Shown: one piece after another, positions 1 through 13,389 of the stretch
Position numbering within the stretch: the stretch's first letter is position 1
Layout: each line of letters opens with the position of its first letter
Assembly: GCF_964204645.1 (NCBI RefSeq)
Contig: NC_134031.1
Coordinates: 14,433,807-14,497,806, forward strand
DNA length: 64,000 bases
Source: Tubulanus polymorphus
Taxonomy: Eukaryota > Animalia > Nemertea
Direction: 5' to 3'
Made by a program: the position numbers and the translations under genes
Notes under the pieces: model-generated
The model's database searches: none
What the model was told of the DNA's origin: nothing
The model's input: only the letters and a program-made list of their open reading frames with translations

Positions 1-505
1 ATGGTCACAAGTAAAATGCATTATTCATAATTATTAGATTAGATTAGATTTCTAGCATACCCCTTCAGATCAAATAATAGTGTTTGCTATGAAACCGGAG
101 CTGAGAGCTTGTTCAATTCAACAAATATGATTTTTGATTTACCACATTTTCACTCTCCCTATGGACTTAATGAAACTGGCATATCGTTAAACCTATTACG
201 GTCTAGACTGATTAGCTATTAACTGATGCTATGAAGTGATACGTGACGGCATAACTAATAGAATATCATTATATAACGTAGTTCTGGAAGCTCAGTTATA
301 GATATATTTTGCATGATTGGGCAAAGTACTCAAAGTTGATATAGACTATTGGGCCAAGTGGTTGAAATGAATACTTTTACCTAGGACTGACATTTTGAAT
401 TTACCCTTTGAACGTATGTAAGTTCTGGAGCAATCCAACTTAGAATCAAATAGAATGTATCAAATAAATTTATTCACAAAAACAATCTCAGGTAAATTTA
501 CGTAC

Positions 506-3500
506 AATGAGTCCACTTGCACCTTCATAATTCCCGCTTATATATTCGTAGGATTCGACGTTCGCCACTATTCTCAAACCGGAATATAAACCTAAAACGA
601 ATTAAAAAGGAAATCATGTTTTCCCATTTCTGTTCATATAAACTCGAAACAGTTCTACAGTTCTTATAACTGAAACATTTGCGGAACTGGATCCTGACAG
701 AAAATGATAAATATTAGAGTCTCATTATGGTTGATGCCAATACCGGGTATCTCAAATTATAGCAAGACCACAACTGTTAATAGAAACATTCAATTTTAGC
801 ATGCAGTTTTTTTCACATTAACACTTCACCATCAGATTTCAATCTTGTGTAAGTCATTAGTAAATCGTGTACTATGTTTATGTTTGTAAAAGTAGGTACC
901 TTTTTCATAATAATAAAGAGATGAGTCAGAATTTCTTAAATGAAATCTATTCAAAATTAAGATTTCAATAGTTTTGCATTCCCACTATTTGATGTCTTAC
1001 AGGGGTCTCGTCGTAAAAAAAAGTCTCAAATTGTACGTATATATATATTTCAGTGACTGTGAAATTATTACCGGGTTGTGTCATGTCCAGGCTGCCGTTA
1101 TGCGAATTCACAAACGGTTTAAACGTATAACAGACGCCATAAGCAGAAGTTACAATTGGGTAAAAGTCATCGACATCGCACAGTTCGCCTTTCCATTTAC
1201 AACTGTGTATTAGAAAGAAAAGTACCATAGACCTTTAAAACATCGCGTATACTAAACCTCGCCATTTGGCATATCAAATGTGAATTATTTTTGGGGGAAT
1301 TTTAGGATGAAACTCATTGCAAAGGAATTTAATCCATCGCGAAAACTAGGTTTCATCATTTGATATATTAGAAATGGAATTATTAACAATGTTATAATTA
1401 AATAATATCAAAGGTCTTTTATGAATATTGTGAAAACTAAACCTCGTCATGTGGTATATCAAATCCTTAACCATTATGTTATAACTAGGCATTTAGAAAT
1501 ATTGAAAGAAAAACTGAACTTGTCACTCAATATTGAAAGAATGTAAAGTCAAACTAGTATTTCGTACAACAGAATTCAAGTTTATGAATTTTCTCTACGT
1601 CCTCTATGTTTCCAACTTCGTCACTTACCCTGATATGAGGTCGTTTATGTCCTGCCGACATCCTTCGTAGACCTTACTCAAATTTGACATGCCTTGTGTG
1701 AAAAAAAAATGAAATGAAAGGCTCGATTTATAAGGGAGTAAAAGCGACCTGTCATAAGATTCTGAAAATCACCAGGATTCGAACCAAAAACACTGTTAAA
1801 TGGGACTAGTACAACACAATTCGAATCGCGGTGAACCCTAAATTCACCCAGTAACGATAACAATTTATTGACAGCTGTTTTGATTACCTGAAATTTCTGG
1901 ACCTCTGTCAACGTTACTAAAAAAATCGATCCACTTTTCTTTATAAGAATTTGTGATCCTGCAAATAGTCGAATATCTCACCATGAAACAAACTATATAA
2001 ATCAAAAATTGTTTATTTTTTTGCTTATAATGAATTAATTTCTGGATCCCCAAAAATGCTTATACTCACTGGCACATGTTTGGATTACAGATTGTAACCA
2101 ATGGAAATCGTACCGAGTCGTTTCTATTGACAGTAACCGATACCGCGATTGGGTGAGATGCAAAATAGCTATAACAAGAAAATCAATTTTGATAAATCAT
2201 TTGACGCCTTTAATTTTGTAGAATTTTGGGATAAGCTAATGTGGAATTGCAAATTTGAAATCGAAGTTTTAAGAAATTTGGGGAATTGTGAGATTTGGTG
2301 ATTGGGTAGCAGGTCGACCGGGCTAATTAAGTCGTCCCGGGGCTTCTGACTCGATCCTCTTGAGTCTGGGTAGAAGTGGACGTCATTTCTTGTTTATGTT
2401 ATTCTGTATGAATTACGCATGTGTTTTTATGTTTTATTTTCTTATTTTGAAATTTGTAACTTTATTGAATTTCGGAATCTTATATGTAATGTTTAAAATA
2501 AGGATCAATAACGAATTGAACTGAATTGTCACCTGAAACACATGCCATCAGAAGTCGTGGAGCCGTATACGACAGCTATGCTATTATAAATTGCAAATCG
2601 GGATCGTTCTCATGAAACCGGCATATCCGGCCCTGATATCGAACATATTTTCTAAAACTGTAGTTTAATATTGGAATTATATGTTTACACGTTTTTATAT
2701 TGACCGCTTGTAACTGTCGATAAAATTCACGCCGGCCCTACACAGATCGTATATAGCTTTCGTCATTCGACCAGCATTCCATGTCAGGGTCTGACTTTTA
2801 TATCAGATTTCCGTACCGTGTATACATCCGCCATTCAACCGAATAATCCGATTTACTCATCATTTCTATTTATGCTTGCCGCTTCTGATATAATCATACA
2901 TCCATTTCTATTACAATAAATTCATGAGTATTCAATGCAATATAACATTTCGACGTTCAAATAGGGCTCATTATATAATCACAGGAAGACATTCTACATA
3001 TTTATCAATAATGTTTTGCCAAATAGCGTTTATGTGTACACATAGACCTGTGACGTTTTGCGCAATCGATTTACGGTTGTCGTTTGTAAAATGCTGAATG
3101 CTTAACGTTGCTTAGGTTTCATAATGGTAACGTTTTACAAGGCGTCAAAAAATACTTGCAATTTCATTTGATGAAACAATGTTATGTTATCGGAGGATAT
3201 TTGAATATACTGATTTAACTGATAACATATATCCATTCAGATATATCCTAACGTCTATGCAACTATGAAGAGAATCATGTTTCGTTTTATAAGTTTGTGA
3301 TATGAATCAGTAAACATGAACACAATTAGTACTTCGTACGTTAATTTGATTTATAAAAGATATGAACTTTCACCAGGCCTAAATACAGTAGTCGTTGAAT
3401 GAGTAGCTTTTGCCACGAGTATAGTAGCCTTTAATTAAATGAGTAGCTTTCGCTACGAATAAAGCAGCCTCATAAATGAGTAGCGTTTACTACGAGTACG

Positions 3501-4655
3501 GTAGCCTCGCGAGGAATAGCTTTCACTGCGAGTACAGTAGACTCATACGTTCAATGAGTACGTAGCTTTCGCTTCGAGCGCGGTAGCCTCATTAGTTAAA
3601 TGAGTAGCTTTCAAGGAGTAGCTTTCGCATCGAGTACCGTAGACTTATACGTTCAATGAGTAGCTGTCGCTACGAGTACAGTAGCCTCATAAGGAGTAGC
3701 TTTCGCATCGAGTTCAGTAGCCTCATGAGAAATAGCTTTCGCATCGAGTTCAGTAGCCTCATGAGAAATAGCTTTCGCTACGAGTACAGTAGCCGCATAA
3801 GGAGTAGCTTTCGCTACGAGTATAGTAGCCTCATAAGGAGTAGCTTTCGCTACGAGTGTAGTAGCCTCATAAGGAGAAGCTTTCGCTACGGGTACAGTAG
3901 AATTATAAGTTAAATGTGGAGCTTTCGCTACTAAAATAGATAGACTTCAGTAGCGAAAGCTCCTCAGCGTACAGTAACCTCGTGAAGTAGCTTTCACTAC
4001 GAGTACGGAAGCCCCATAAGTTAGATGAGCAGCTTTCGCTACGAGTATAGTTGCAGTTTTGCAAATGCTATCATTTACACATCTTAAAAAATAGGAATAA
4101 ACTATGAACTCACTTGTATCGAATGATGACTATGAAACAGAACGATCCTATAATCCCAACACACAAAATCAACCATACAAATCTAATATAGAATAAAATC
4201 CTTTTCACTAAGGAATAAAGCTAATCTTCATATTAAAGAAACACTCAAACATTTTAGGCTACGATCTATGTATTTAAGGTAATTTATTCACCTTGTAAAT
4301 AGATGCATTTTGTCTCGGTTTGATATAATGTATTGTAGTCAGAAAATGCCTTATGATTGATTACTAATTACCTACATGGATGACAAATGACTTACCGGCG
4401 GATCAGAAAAGGAGTAGAATCAACGATATAACTGATTCCATGCATTGTGGTGGATTCCATATAATTTCTTATCAGCATCAATACACTGGGCAATTCATGT
4501 TCACGGCTGGGTTCTTCATTTTTTTCCGTTCGGGGGTTCATCAGCGGTTTGGGTTCACTATCGATGTTATTCGATTCTTTGGTCTCGATTTGCGGGTTAG
4601 GTGCTTTGTAGATGTCCATCATGGTTTCTTCAATCGTCAACGCAGAGATCGACAT
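506..4655 (-). CDS. DEG/ENaC (amiloride-sensitive, ASIC/FaNaC-like) sodium channel subunit, 5' part; the gene appears to continue beyond the window start
   Basis: Hand-assembled GT-AG exons, all phase-consistent: 4655-4396, 4182-4114, 2168-2070, 1958-1888, 1761-1629, 1202-1072, 591-506. The product has the pre-TM1 HG motif (ESTTMHGISYI), TM1 (FVWLILCVGIIGSFCFIVII), RFPLVTICNPN (FPAVTxCN family motif), CKWKGELC...YGVCYTF and GLRIVANVESYEY, all DEG/ENaC hallmarks. Confidence 0.92.
3384..4052. repeat. 36-bp minisatellite (about 17 units) in intron 2 of the channel gene; unit GAGTAGCTTTCGCTACGAGTACAGTAGCCTCATAAG
   Basis: Exact 36-bp period at 3663-3900 with degenerate, longer units on the flanks. 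One inverted partial unit forms a hairpin at 3918-3963. Confidence 0.92.
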
Positions 4656-6207
4656 AGACTTCTTTATGAAAATGTAATCTATTTAAAAACTCGTGCTGAA
4701 GTGCATTATTGAAAAAGTCCTCCCAAAGAAAATTAAAAATAAATACACGAAGTTCTTTCATTTTTCTATCGCAATCAGTTTAGATTGCATTTCTAAGGAT
4801 TATTTTTGATTCTCTGTGCTTGTTGATTTCATATTTTGAGACAAATGTCTCTTATTGTAATGAATGAAATGAGACGGCGACATTCACAGTACTCGCTACA
4901 AACGACTGAATGAAACTGTTCATTGCTACTGTTAAAACTGTTAAGTTACTTTTTGCGAATAAACAAACGAAGCACATTTTTAAATGCAATCGCCCCCAGA
5001 TGACTTCGGTAACTCAGTTATTAAACAATTTACGATAACATCATCCATGCATTTAATCGAAAATTATTACGTACAGTTTTATGGGTCGTTTAATTTATTT
5101 AACGAGATCTGTAATATCCGGTTTATGAGTCGATCAGACGACCATTTTTCATATTTGAATATAAGTTATCTTTAAGTGCAAATACATTTTACTCCGAAAA
5201 ATATCATTTACCAAGTATATACTTGCTCGGGTTAAATACCAAACATAAATCTTGTTGTTTCTGGGATTCGAACCGACTAATTATCTGTTTTTATTTGGAT
5301 ATGGAAAAGAGTTGGTATGTCGTCAATTCAGTGTTTTAGGTTCGAATCCCAGCATAGGCAGAATTTTAGTCGGTATTCCATCATTTACTTAAAAGCAAAG
5401 CAATATCATGCCCGCCTCAAATGAAACGTTATAAAAAATTCAAAATACCAATGAAATAAAAGTATTTTCCCTTTAGGTGCGTGTAGTGTTTATATTGTCG
5501 AGTGAGTCACGTTTGTTTTTTTGACAATCCATTAACTTTTTATATCGAATATCAAATTCACATACAAAACACAATTAATCGTGAAATTAGCCATCTCTCA
5601 ATTAGCCGCTCTCTACGCTCTACACACAATCACCGGATCGCTTAATGTGTATTTACTTCCTATTTATGTCGATGTATCATTGTGTTACACTGTGTTCTAG
5701 TGCAGCAGCAGCATTTGTATAAAAGCGTAATACACGTGGGCATTTGTGTTAAAAATTAACATATGTTAAAGCTTAGAGTTCCCCACAAATCATGCAACTG
5801 GTCTCCGGTATTCGCGAGGATTAAATCAACTGGTGTGCAAAATACTATCTTCACAATTTAATCTCAAGATATATGAAATATGATATTTCATTGATCATCA
5901 GTGTTTGAGCAACTGGCCCAGGATCACGTTACTCTACGTTTGGTTGAGTTAACAGATGACCCGATGAGTAATACTGCAGCAAAATGTATATCTATAATAT
6001 GGTCGTTATGTCAATTATCCATCAATTTGTTTGATCCTGTCTGAGTAGTTAGTAAATCAACTTTTACTAAGTTTTGGTTCCTCGTAAAGCGTGTTTCAAT
6101 GGGAACTGTATGAATATTTCTGTGTTAAAACCTCTTGTTTGGTAAACGAATGAACAGATCGCAAAACAAAGAAATGTCAAAATATCAAGAAGCTGTTTAT
6201 AACTTAC

Positions 6208-6335
6208 CTCGAAGTCCAACTACAGTTAATTCAGTAATTCAGATTATATCTGTCTCTGGTCATTGCTGCTGCATTTGTCCTATTGACAGATAACCAGGCT
6301 ATTGGCCACACCTTATGCTTACGTGATTGGCAAAC
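6208..6335 (-). promoter_or_regulatory. Putative promoter and non-coding first exon of the channel gene
   Basis: Minus-strand donor GAG|GTAAGT at 6207-6202 and an acceptor at 4680-4679 just upstream of the ATG. Two minus-strand CCAAT boxes (GGCCAATAG near 6301, GCCAATCAC near 6327). No transcript evidence. Confidence 0.4.
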
Positions 6336-6998
6336 TTATTTCCATAAACTATAATATCGTAAACTGTCTAGTATTTCAAATCAAAAGGCACTCTCCAGCG
6401 ACACCTGTCGGCCGATTACACAATTCAGCTGTATCAAGTCGCCTCAAACCTACTAATGAATTACTACCAGTAAACAAAAATATAGTAATGCAACCCGTAG
6501 TGGGTCATTCATGCTCGCTAGTGCACTAGTGCCTAACAACTCTATCATAAACACCATTAGTTGGATTAGTTTATGTCAAAACTAATATGAAATCGCATGT
6601 GCCAAATTCTCCGGGGACGAATTATTGTAGATTTCTTAATTTGTCTAGTCGATTGTCATGTCGTTTGTCTTTTCTTTCTGACACGACCTGCTGCACGACA
6701 TATCAATTTTGGTAAAAATTGCTTTCGTGCATAGAATTCGAGAATTTCACAATTTGATACTTCATTGATTGATGTTTTGATAGTTCTTTGATAATTTTGT
6801 GATGACCTTTTTATTATTCCGTTAGCTGCTATTGATGAGTTATATTTTGATGGCTGGTAAAATAAACTTAGAATATTATGATATGGAAACTACACAGTCA
6901 CGCCCACCGCTAGATGGCGAACGAAGCATCGACGGATGAAATACTCATTATTAATATCTATCTGGTTTGAATATTAACAGTGACAAAACGACCTGGTG

Positions 6999-7562
6999 CA
7001 AGGCGCGGATCCAGACTGTCGCACATGCAGCATGTGCAAGTACCCTCGAAAAATCTTGTTTAAAATAGATAAAATGGCACACAATTTGTGAGCCATAAAA
7101 GATGATTGCCTTTCTGTACTAGGCCTAAACCAAAATGTGAATGAAAATAGATTCTTCTAATTAAAATAGGCAAAATGAGGCACTCTCCTTTGCTCAAAAG
7201 GGCACTATTCTAAAAATACATTATTGTTACGTTATAAGTTTAATCAAAAAGTGCATATTTTGCCAAAAATCTTTAAGCACAAGCAAATTGAATGTAAAGG
7301 AAATGCGTACGTCTCACCGCAAATCTGATGACATGATATACCAATAAGGGTTACACAAATTCAAATAAAAAGGCAGGTTGAGATCAGTTTTTATTTGGAA
7401 TATGCCTCGTTGACATACCTCTTCTATGTGGCCAAAGTGCTTGGAAAATGCTTTGAAATAACATGAAATTCCAAAATTATTTGGGGAAGGACTCTCAGAC
7501 TACGCTTTATCTGCGTCACTCGCTGCCGATGGATACTGGCCCTTTTAAAGTTGATGCCCCTT
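6999..7562 (+). mobile_element. Non-autonomous TIR-type element, copy 1 (left terminus CAAGGCGCGGATCCAG)
   Basis: 7071-7562 is clearly homologous to 60354-60812 (GGCACACAATTTGTGAGC...AAAATGTGAATGAAAATAGATTC...GGCACTCTCCTTTGCTCAAAAGGGCACTATTCTAAAA). The left end is nearly complementary to the right end of the second copy. Confidence 0.75.
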
Positions 7563-8805
7563 TTTCTCAGGATTCTATCAACCATAGAAATTGATATGTC
7601 AACTATTATCATCCTTCGTCGGTTTTGAAAAATGTCATCTTTTTCTCTAGACATAATCCGGTCGACTTTGTTATTTTTATTGAGCTCTGAGTCTCTGTCT
7701 TGACGTCACATCTTGGACCGTAGTGGTATCTATCGATTTCCGAGAACAGAGTTGTTATCCAATATCCGTGTGTTCTTTCCACGGCGGTCAAGTGTGTATT
7801 CAGGCTTCGGCAAAAGATTTTTTGACATGACACTTTCGATCTGTCAACAAAAAAAGAATTTCTTGTCCAGCGTTCGCGTCATGGTCGACAATATATAAAA
7901 AAGCTAATGTTTTTGAATTGTTTTTGCGATGGAGAATTGCGCTTGAGATTTTCAAACGTTTCGTCTAAGTAGAAATCAAGGTAAACAGGATATTGACTGA
8001 GTCACGAACACGACCAACAATCGAATCCGTTACAGACTCGACTAACAATCAGATCTGTTACCGTCGTCTGGTTTGAAATTACAATGGTCGGCCAAATGGT
8101 CGATGAAAAATGGACCAACCCCTAAACGTATTCACGTAGCCTGGAAAATAATATAGAAAAAGATAAACGGATTGAAATCAACGTTGGAATAATGAAAAAA
8201 AAACGTTTGCAAAAGCAAATTTCCTGAATTCTTCTTTTTTTCTTATATTTGTCAAATGTCAAACGTCTACGACATATCAAGGATTGAGAGAAGGGCACTT
8301 TTTAAACTGAAATGGTATATATTCCCCCACAACTACGTGCGTTTCAAGAAATTTCGAATAAACTGGTTTGATTTTTAATTTCGACGAGATGTGTATTATC
8401 CCAGCATCAATTTCCCTCATCCTTTTATAAACCGAAGACGGTTTTTATTTCATACACTACTTTTTCTTAATCCGCAGCAGAAAAAAAATAAACTGATTTC
8501 TATATTGAAAAAATATGCTATGGCTGGAAAAATTTCCATTGATTTAACGAAACTTTTAACGTCCCTGGATTTACCGACTTGTTCAGCTATCGGTTTTGAG
8601 CCGAACTGGTCGTTGTTTCTTTTTTCTTTTCTTTCCGTTTGTACCACTACGCACCACGACCGTGATACAGTCGTAGAATATAGCCCAACCACTCGGACGT
8701 GTATAGAATATACGGTTACTAAAACCCACTTGATATACAGACAGAAATTACGGAGCGCAGGAGTTGATACGGTGAAAAACAAATATTTCCCGGGAATGAA
8801 ATATT

Positions 8806-9225
8806 GGCTCAAGTAGGGTATTGCACAGTATCCTAAAGAAAGTTGACACGTCGACACATTCACATCGCCAGCCAATAACATTCCATGTGTCAACGTGTCG
8901 ACGTGTCTACCCACCCACAAATTAACTATTAACGATCTATTGTCCTCATACACTAAACACATCACCTGACCAAACACATGATAAACTGCCGTGACACCGC
9001 CAGCCATTAACATTCCGGCCAGTATTACGTGTGTCTGTCAACGTGTCGACGTGTCTACCCACACGCAAATTAACTATCGACGATCTATTAACCCATACAA
9101 TAAACAAATAAACCCCGTGACAAGCAGTTGAAACTGAAGAAAAAGCATTTTCTTATGAACCAGCACCGGGGACATTGGCGCCTGATGCGACGCAACATAA
9201 AATTGCCGGAATGAATAAGGACTAT
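8806..9225 (+). repeat. Dispersed repeat, copy A (copy B at 14290-14995)
   Basis: GGCTCAAG...AAAGAAAGTTG...GTCGACACATTCACATCGCCAGCC...GTGACACCGCCAGCCATTAA is shared with 14290-14590. 9163-9222 is shared with 14936-14995. Confidence 0.8.
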
Positions 9226-9360
9226 CTGTGATCCTAACCCTAACGGCTCAACTCCAGAACAGGTAAAAGTAAAAGTAGATCTGTGGGTCCAACAATTTCA
9301 CTGAGAAAAGAATTAATACGCGCAGATCGATAGTAGGAGGCACGTGAAGTAATTTCCAGA

Positions 9361-9647
9361 AGTCGACAATCGGCAATCGGCAATCAGAAACTTGAATGTC
9401 GACCATTTCTCGGGTCGACAATCGACATTCGGCAATCAGAAACCTGATACTCGACCATTTCTCGGGTCGACAATCGGCAATCGGCAATCAGAAACCTGAT
9501 TGTCGACCATTTTCCGGGTCGACAATCGGCAATCAGGAACCTGATTGTCGACCATTTTTCGGGTCGACAATCGGCAATCAGAAACCTGATACTCGACCAT
9601 TTCTCGGGTCGACAATCGGCAATCGGCAATCAGAAACCTGATAGTCG
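9361..9647. repeat. 45-52-bp minisatellite (about 6 units), GTCGACAATCGGCAATC(GGCAATC)AGAAACCTGAT..CGACCATTTCTCGG
   Basis: Directly visible tandem units; they explain the repetitive ORFs at 9248-9641. Confidence 0.9.
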
Positions 9648-10832
9648 ATGGTATATAGACATGGGTGCCTTTTTGTGTTTCGAAATGCCAATATCATCCG
9701 AATCGTCCGCAACTTCATAATACGCAATGGATTTATGAGAAAAAAAAATAAAACTATGAACACAAATGGCATACTTCAGTTCTTCAGTGGATTACTTAAG
9801 GTGTCGACTGTCATCGGTCAACTGCTATATGAACACTGCCCTAATAACGCAGTGGTGTAATTCAACACACGCACTATAAAGTCGTATACTGTAGAACAGA
9901 ATAGAATATGTTTTATTGCTCGAAAAAATACAATTGCTTAGAGCACAAAAACAAAATCAAAATCTATAACAATTTCAATAATTAATGCGGTTCACAATTA
10001 ACAGGTAATTAACTTAAAAAGACGCACATACACATACAGATTCAAAATCAAAAACATACAACAACATATACAAAAATGGTCTAGAGAAATTTAGAAGCAG
10101 TTTTGATAAATTTGGTGAGTTGATTAAGCTGTTTCCCTTTAGTTTTCATTAGTTGGGTAAATTTGTAAACGCTTGGTCTAGTTCTGAAAAATGGTTTTAA
10201 ACATTTAGTGCGGATGTTTCGGAAAAAAGGGCATTAAATGACGTGATGAAATTCGTCCCCAGCATCTTCAGTGTCACAGAGACTACAAATTCTTTCCTCC
10301 TTGGGGGTTCGATTGTATCTTCCGGTTTCTATGGGTAATTTGTAGTTTGAGCAACGGAAGCGGCAGAAAATTATTCTTAGGTCCGATGGTAATGTGGTGA
10401 GGTATTCTTCAAAGCCCCATTTACTTTTGAAATTTTTATAATATATAGCTGTGTTAGAGTTGTTTAGGGATTCGTGCCAAAGTTGGATAAACTGATCTGT
10501 TAAGCGTTGCTGTATGGTGGAGGCAAAATTATTTAAATTTGGGGTATTCTGTGTATACCATATTTCGCCCAACCCATTGGTTTCTAGAACATTTCTTATG
10601 AAGTCAAGCCATTTACTAGTGTTTCTGTCAGTTAAAAAGTGACGGTACAGGGTTTTATACACATACGATGATAATTTGTTAGTATTCAACAGGTTTCTCC
10701 AGAAATAAAGCATTCTGCTCTTAATGGTAATTGAAAGAGGGAATCGTCCTAGTTCACTATAAACAAAAAAACTTGGTGTTGATCTTTTTAATTTTAACAG
10801 GTACTTGAAAAAGGTTAGTTGGACTCTCTCTA

Positions 10833-11095
10833 CAGAGCCGTCGGAAGGAATTTTTCAGTGGCGAGGCTTATTTCTGAAGGGTGGTCTGGGGGCCCTCCCC
10901 TAGAAAAATTTTGAAAATTCAACCGCCGGAGATGCGTTTTGGGGCCATTTCACGGTCTCATTCACAGAAGGATGAGAAGTCGTGAGCCAACTACTTAGTA
11001 CAGAGAGCGACGAGCTGCTACGCGGTACAGCGTGCTTTTGAAAAAAAAGTGGGGTGGCTTTGGCCGCCCCTGCCACCCCTGTTCCGACGGCCCTG
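10833..11095. mobile_element. 263-bp MITE with CAG(A/G)GCCGTCGGAA TIRs and a 5-bp TSD (CTCTA), nested in the LINE
   Basis: Termini CAGAGCCGTCGGAA (10833) and TTCCGACGGCCCTG (11095). CTCTA at 10828-10832 and 11096-11100. Removing it restores the LINE frame LNLNRLERVQLTFFKYLLKLKRSTPSFFVYSELGRFPL. Confidence 0.92.
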
Positions 11096-13389
11096 CTCTA
11101 GCCGGTTCAAATTTAGAAAACCCCAGATTTCACAGCCAAAAGTTAAGACGGGAACCACCATACTGTCAAAGAGTTGCTTTGCAAGATCTATTCCTAGTGA
11201 ATATTCCTGAACCTTTTTCAATACGAAAAACATGGCTGCTCTTGTATGGGTTTCTATTGAATCTATACATGAAGATAAACTTCCATTGTAACGGAAAAAT
11301 ATACCTAAGTATTTAAAACAATCCACCAGTTCTATTTTGTTATCGTAAAACTCTGGGGGGTTACGACGCTTTCTTTTCTGAAAGATAATTACTTAAGTTT
11401 TTTCCAAATTGATTTCTAGTCCCCAAAGTTGGCAGTAGTCAATTGGCACGTCCATTTCATATTGTAAACTCTCCGGGCTTTCTGCTAGAAGCACAGCATC
11501 ATCGGCATAAAATAACACAAAAAGTTTAAACCAGAAATCTAAGTTTTCTTGGTCATGAAAGAAATTAATACCATCACATCGATTTTCCGATATAGGAATG
11601 ATTCCATATCGTTCAAATAGATTGAGAAAAGGATTGGGAAAGGTTTTCACCTTGCCGCAATCCTTTAAAACTCAGAAAATAATCTGACAGTATTCCATCT
11701 ACACGAACACACGACTTGGCATTTTGATAGATATTAGTAATTACCCGAAGGATCTTCCCTGTTACACCAGTGCCTATGATTTTGTGCCATAACGCTTTTC
11801 TCCAGATCGTGTCGAAAGCTTTACAATAGTCGATAAAGACACAGTAGAGCCTTTTATTACTAGCCAGGAATATATCAAATTGACTTCAATGAAAACATAT
11901 GATCAAGCACCGAGTGCCCCTTTCTGAAACCGGCTTGGTTCTTCAGCAAAAGATTCATTTCTAAGTTCATTTCTAAGTAGGCCGTAAGGCGGTCATTAAT
12001 TAGGCTAGTAAATAACCTTCATAGGCAGCTAAGAAGGGTAATCCATCTATAGTTGTCAGGGTTTGTAACGTCACCTTTCTGTTTATAAATGGGGGTGATA
12101 GTGCCAATACTCCAAGCGTCTGGTATATCCACAGTATCTAGAATGTTGTTAAATAATAGGACCAATGTAGGCGATATGAAAGCATGAGATGCCTTAAGAA
12201 TTTCATTTGCAATTTGGTCTATTCCTGGCGCTTTGTTATTTTTCAACCTTTTTATGCCATTAATGACTTCGTCTTCTGTAAAGTGGCTATTAAGTAAGTC
12301 GTCACCGTCTTCAGTATTATCACTAACGTTAAACAAAGCATCAAGCAAATTTTCCCCGTCTACAGGATTTTTGTTAAGATCAACATAGAAACTAAAGAGA
12401 TATTCAAATAAGGCACTACATGCGGATGGTTTATCATTTTTAAAAAAGTTCCAATAGTTTTTTGGTTCTTGACGCTTTATTTGTCGGAGTATGTTGTTAG
12501 TATTTCGTACTTTCTTCTTATTGTCAGTTCTGATTCTTATATCATCTACGGGCCCTATTTATTTCTACCTTATTATGGCAGGTTCTCGCACTTTTATACC
12601 TACATTTCATGGTACGGTAATTTATCCTACATTTTATAAACTCTGGGCTAAAGGTTTTTTTTACTATTTCGTTTCAAGTTGGTGTGGCTTTTTTTCTTTT
12701 TCACATCCATGACGGAGGCTGCAGTGCCGACAATGATGTCAGATAAAATATTACTTGCGTCGCTAGCACCAATTGTTGTTTTTTTGAGGCTCGTATTAAG
12801 TTCGTTTAACCGGAGACTATTGTTTTGTATAAGTTCGTTTTTAAAAATATAAACTTTTTCATTTTTCCGATTAATCTTTTCAATTTTTTGCGGGTTTAAC
12901 AAGCTAGACTGCTTAGGTATAGTACCTATTAATTCACCCTTTTTGAACCGGCAACTAGTTGGCGCATGAACATCGGAAAAGAATTTGTCAAAATCTTCTA
13001 CTTTAGAGCCGAGAACAGTTCTAAAAATATTGGCTGATCCAATGAAATAATCAACTAAGGTGCTTTGATTCCCCTTTAAAACAGGTACACCTTCCAATGT
13101 TTTTATCGCTACCGACTCGGCCATTTAAGATAAACAAATTGCATAGTTTACATAACTCGATCAATCTATACCCGTAGTCATTTATTCCGAGATCCGTATT
13201 GCTTCTATTCCAGATTCCTAGTCTATCAAGCTCCACTAAAGCGGCGGTTTCATCATCAAAAATAGCACCCATGCCTAGTTCCTCAATTAAAAATTCGTCG
13301 TGGTTTATAAAATCAGGTAAGGTTTTGTATACAGATTTAAGTCCCCAGTTATGAGAAATAAATTATCAGCATTTAGGACCTGTGACAAT

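Noticed and set aside
143-445. Further DEG/ENaC exons near the window start
   Set aside because: Candidate acceptors gave stops or no recognisable motif in the required phase 0; the next exon is probably outside the window.
3384-4052. 36-bp repeat as a CRISPR array, or as the 85-aa ORF
   Set aside because: Units are head to tail with no unique spacers, there are no cas genes and the context is a eukaryotic intron. The ORF is a by-product of a unit length divisible by 3.
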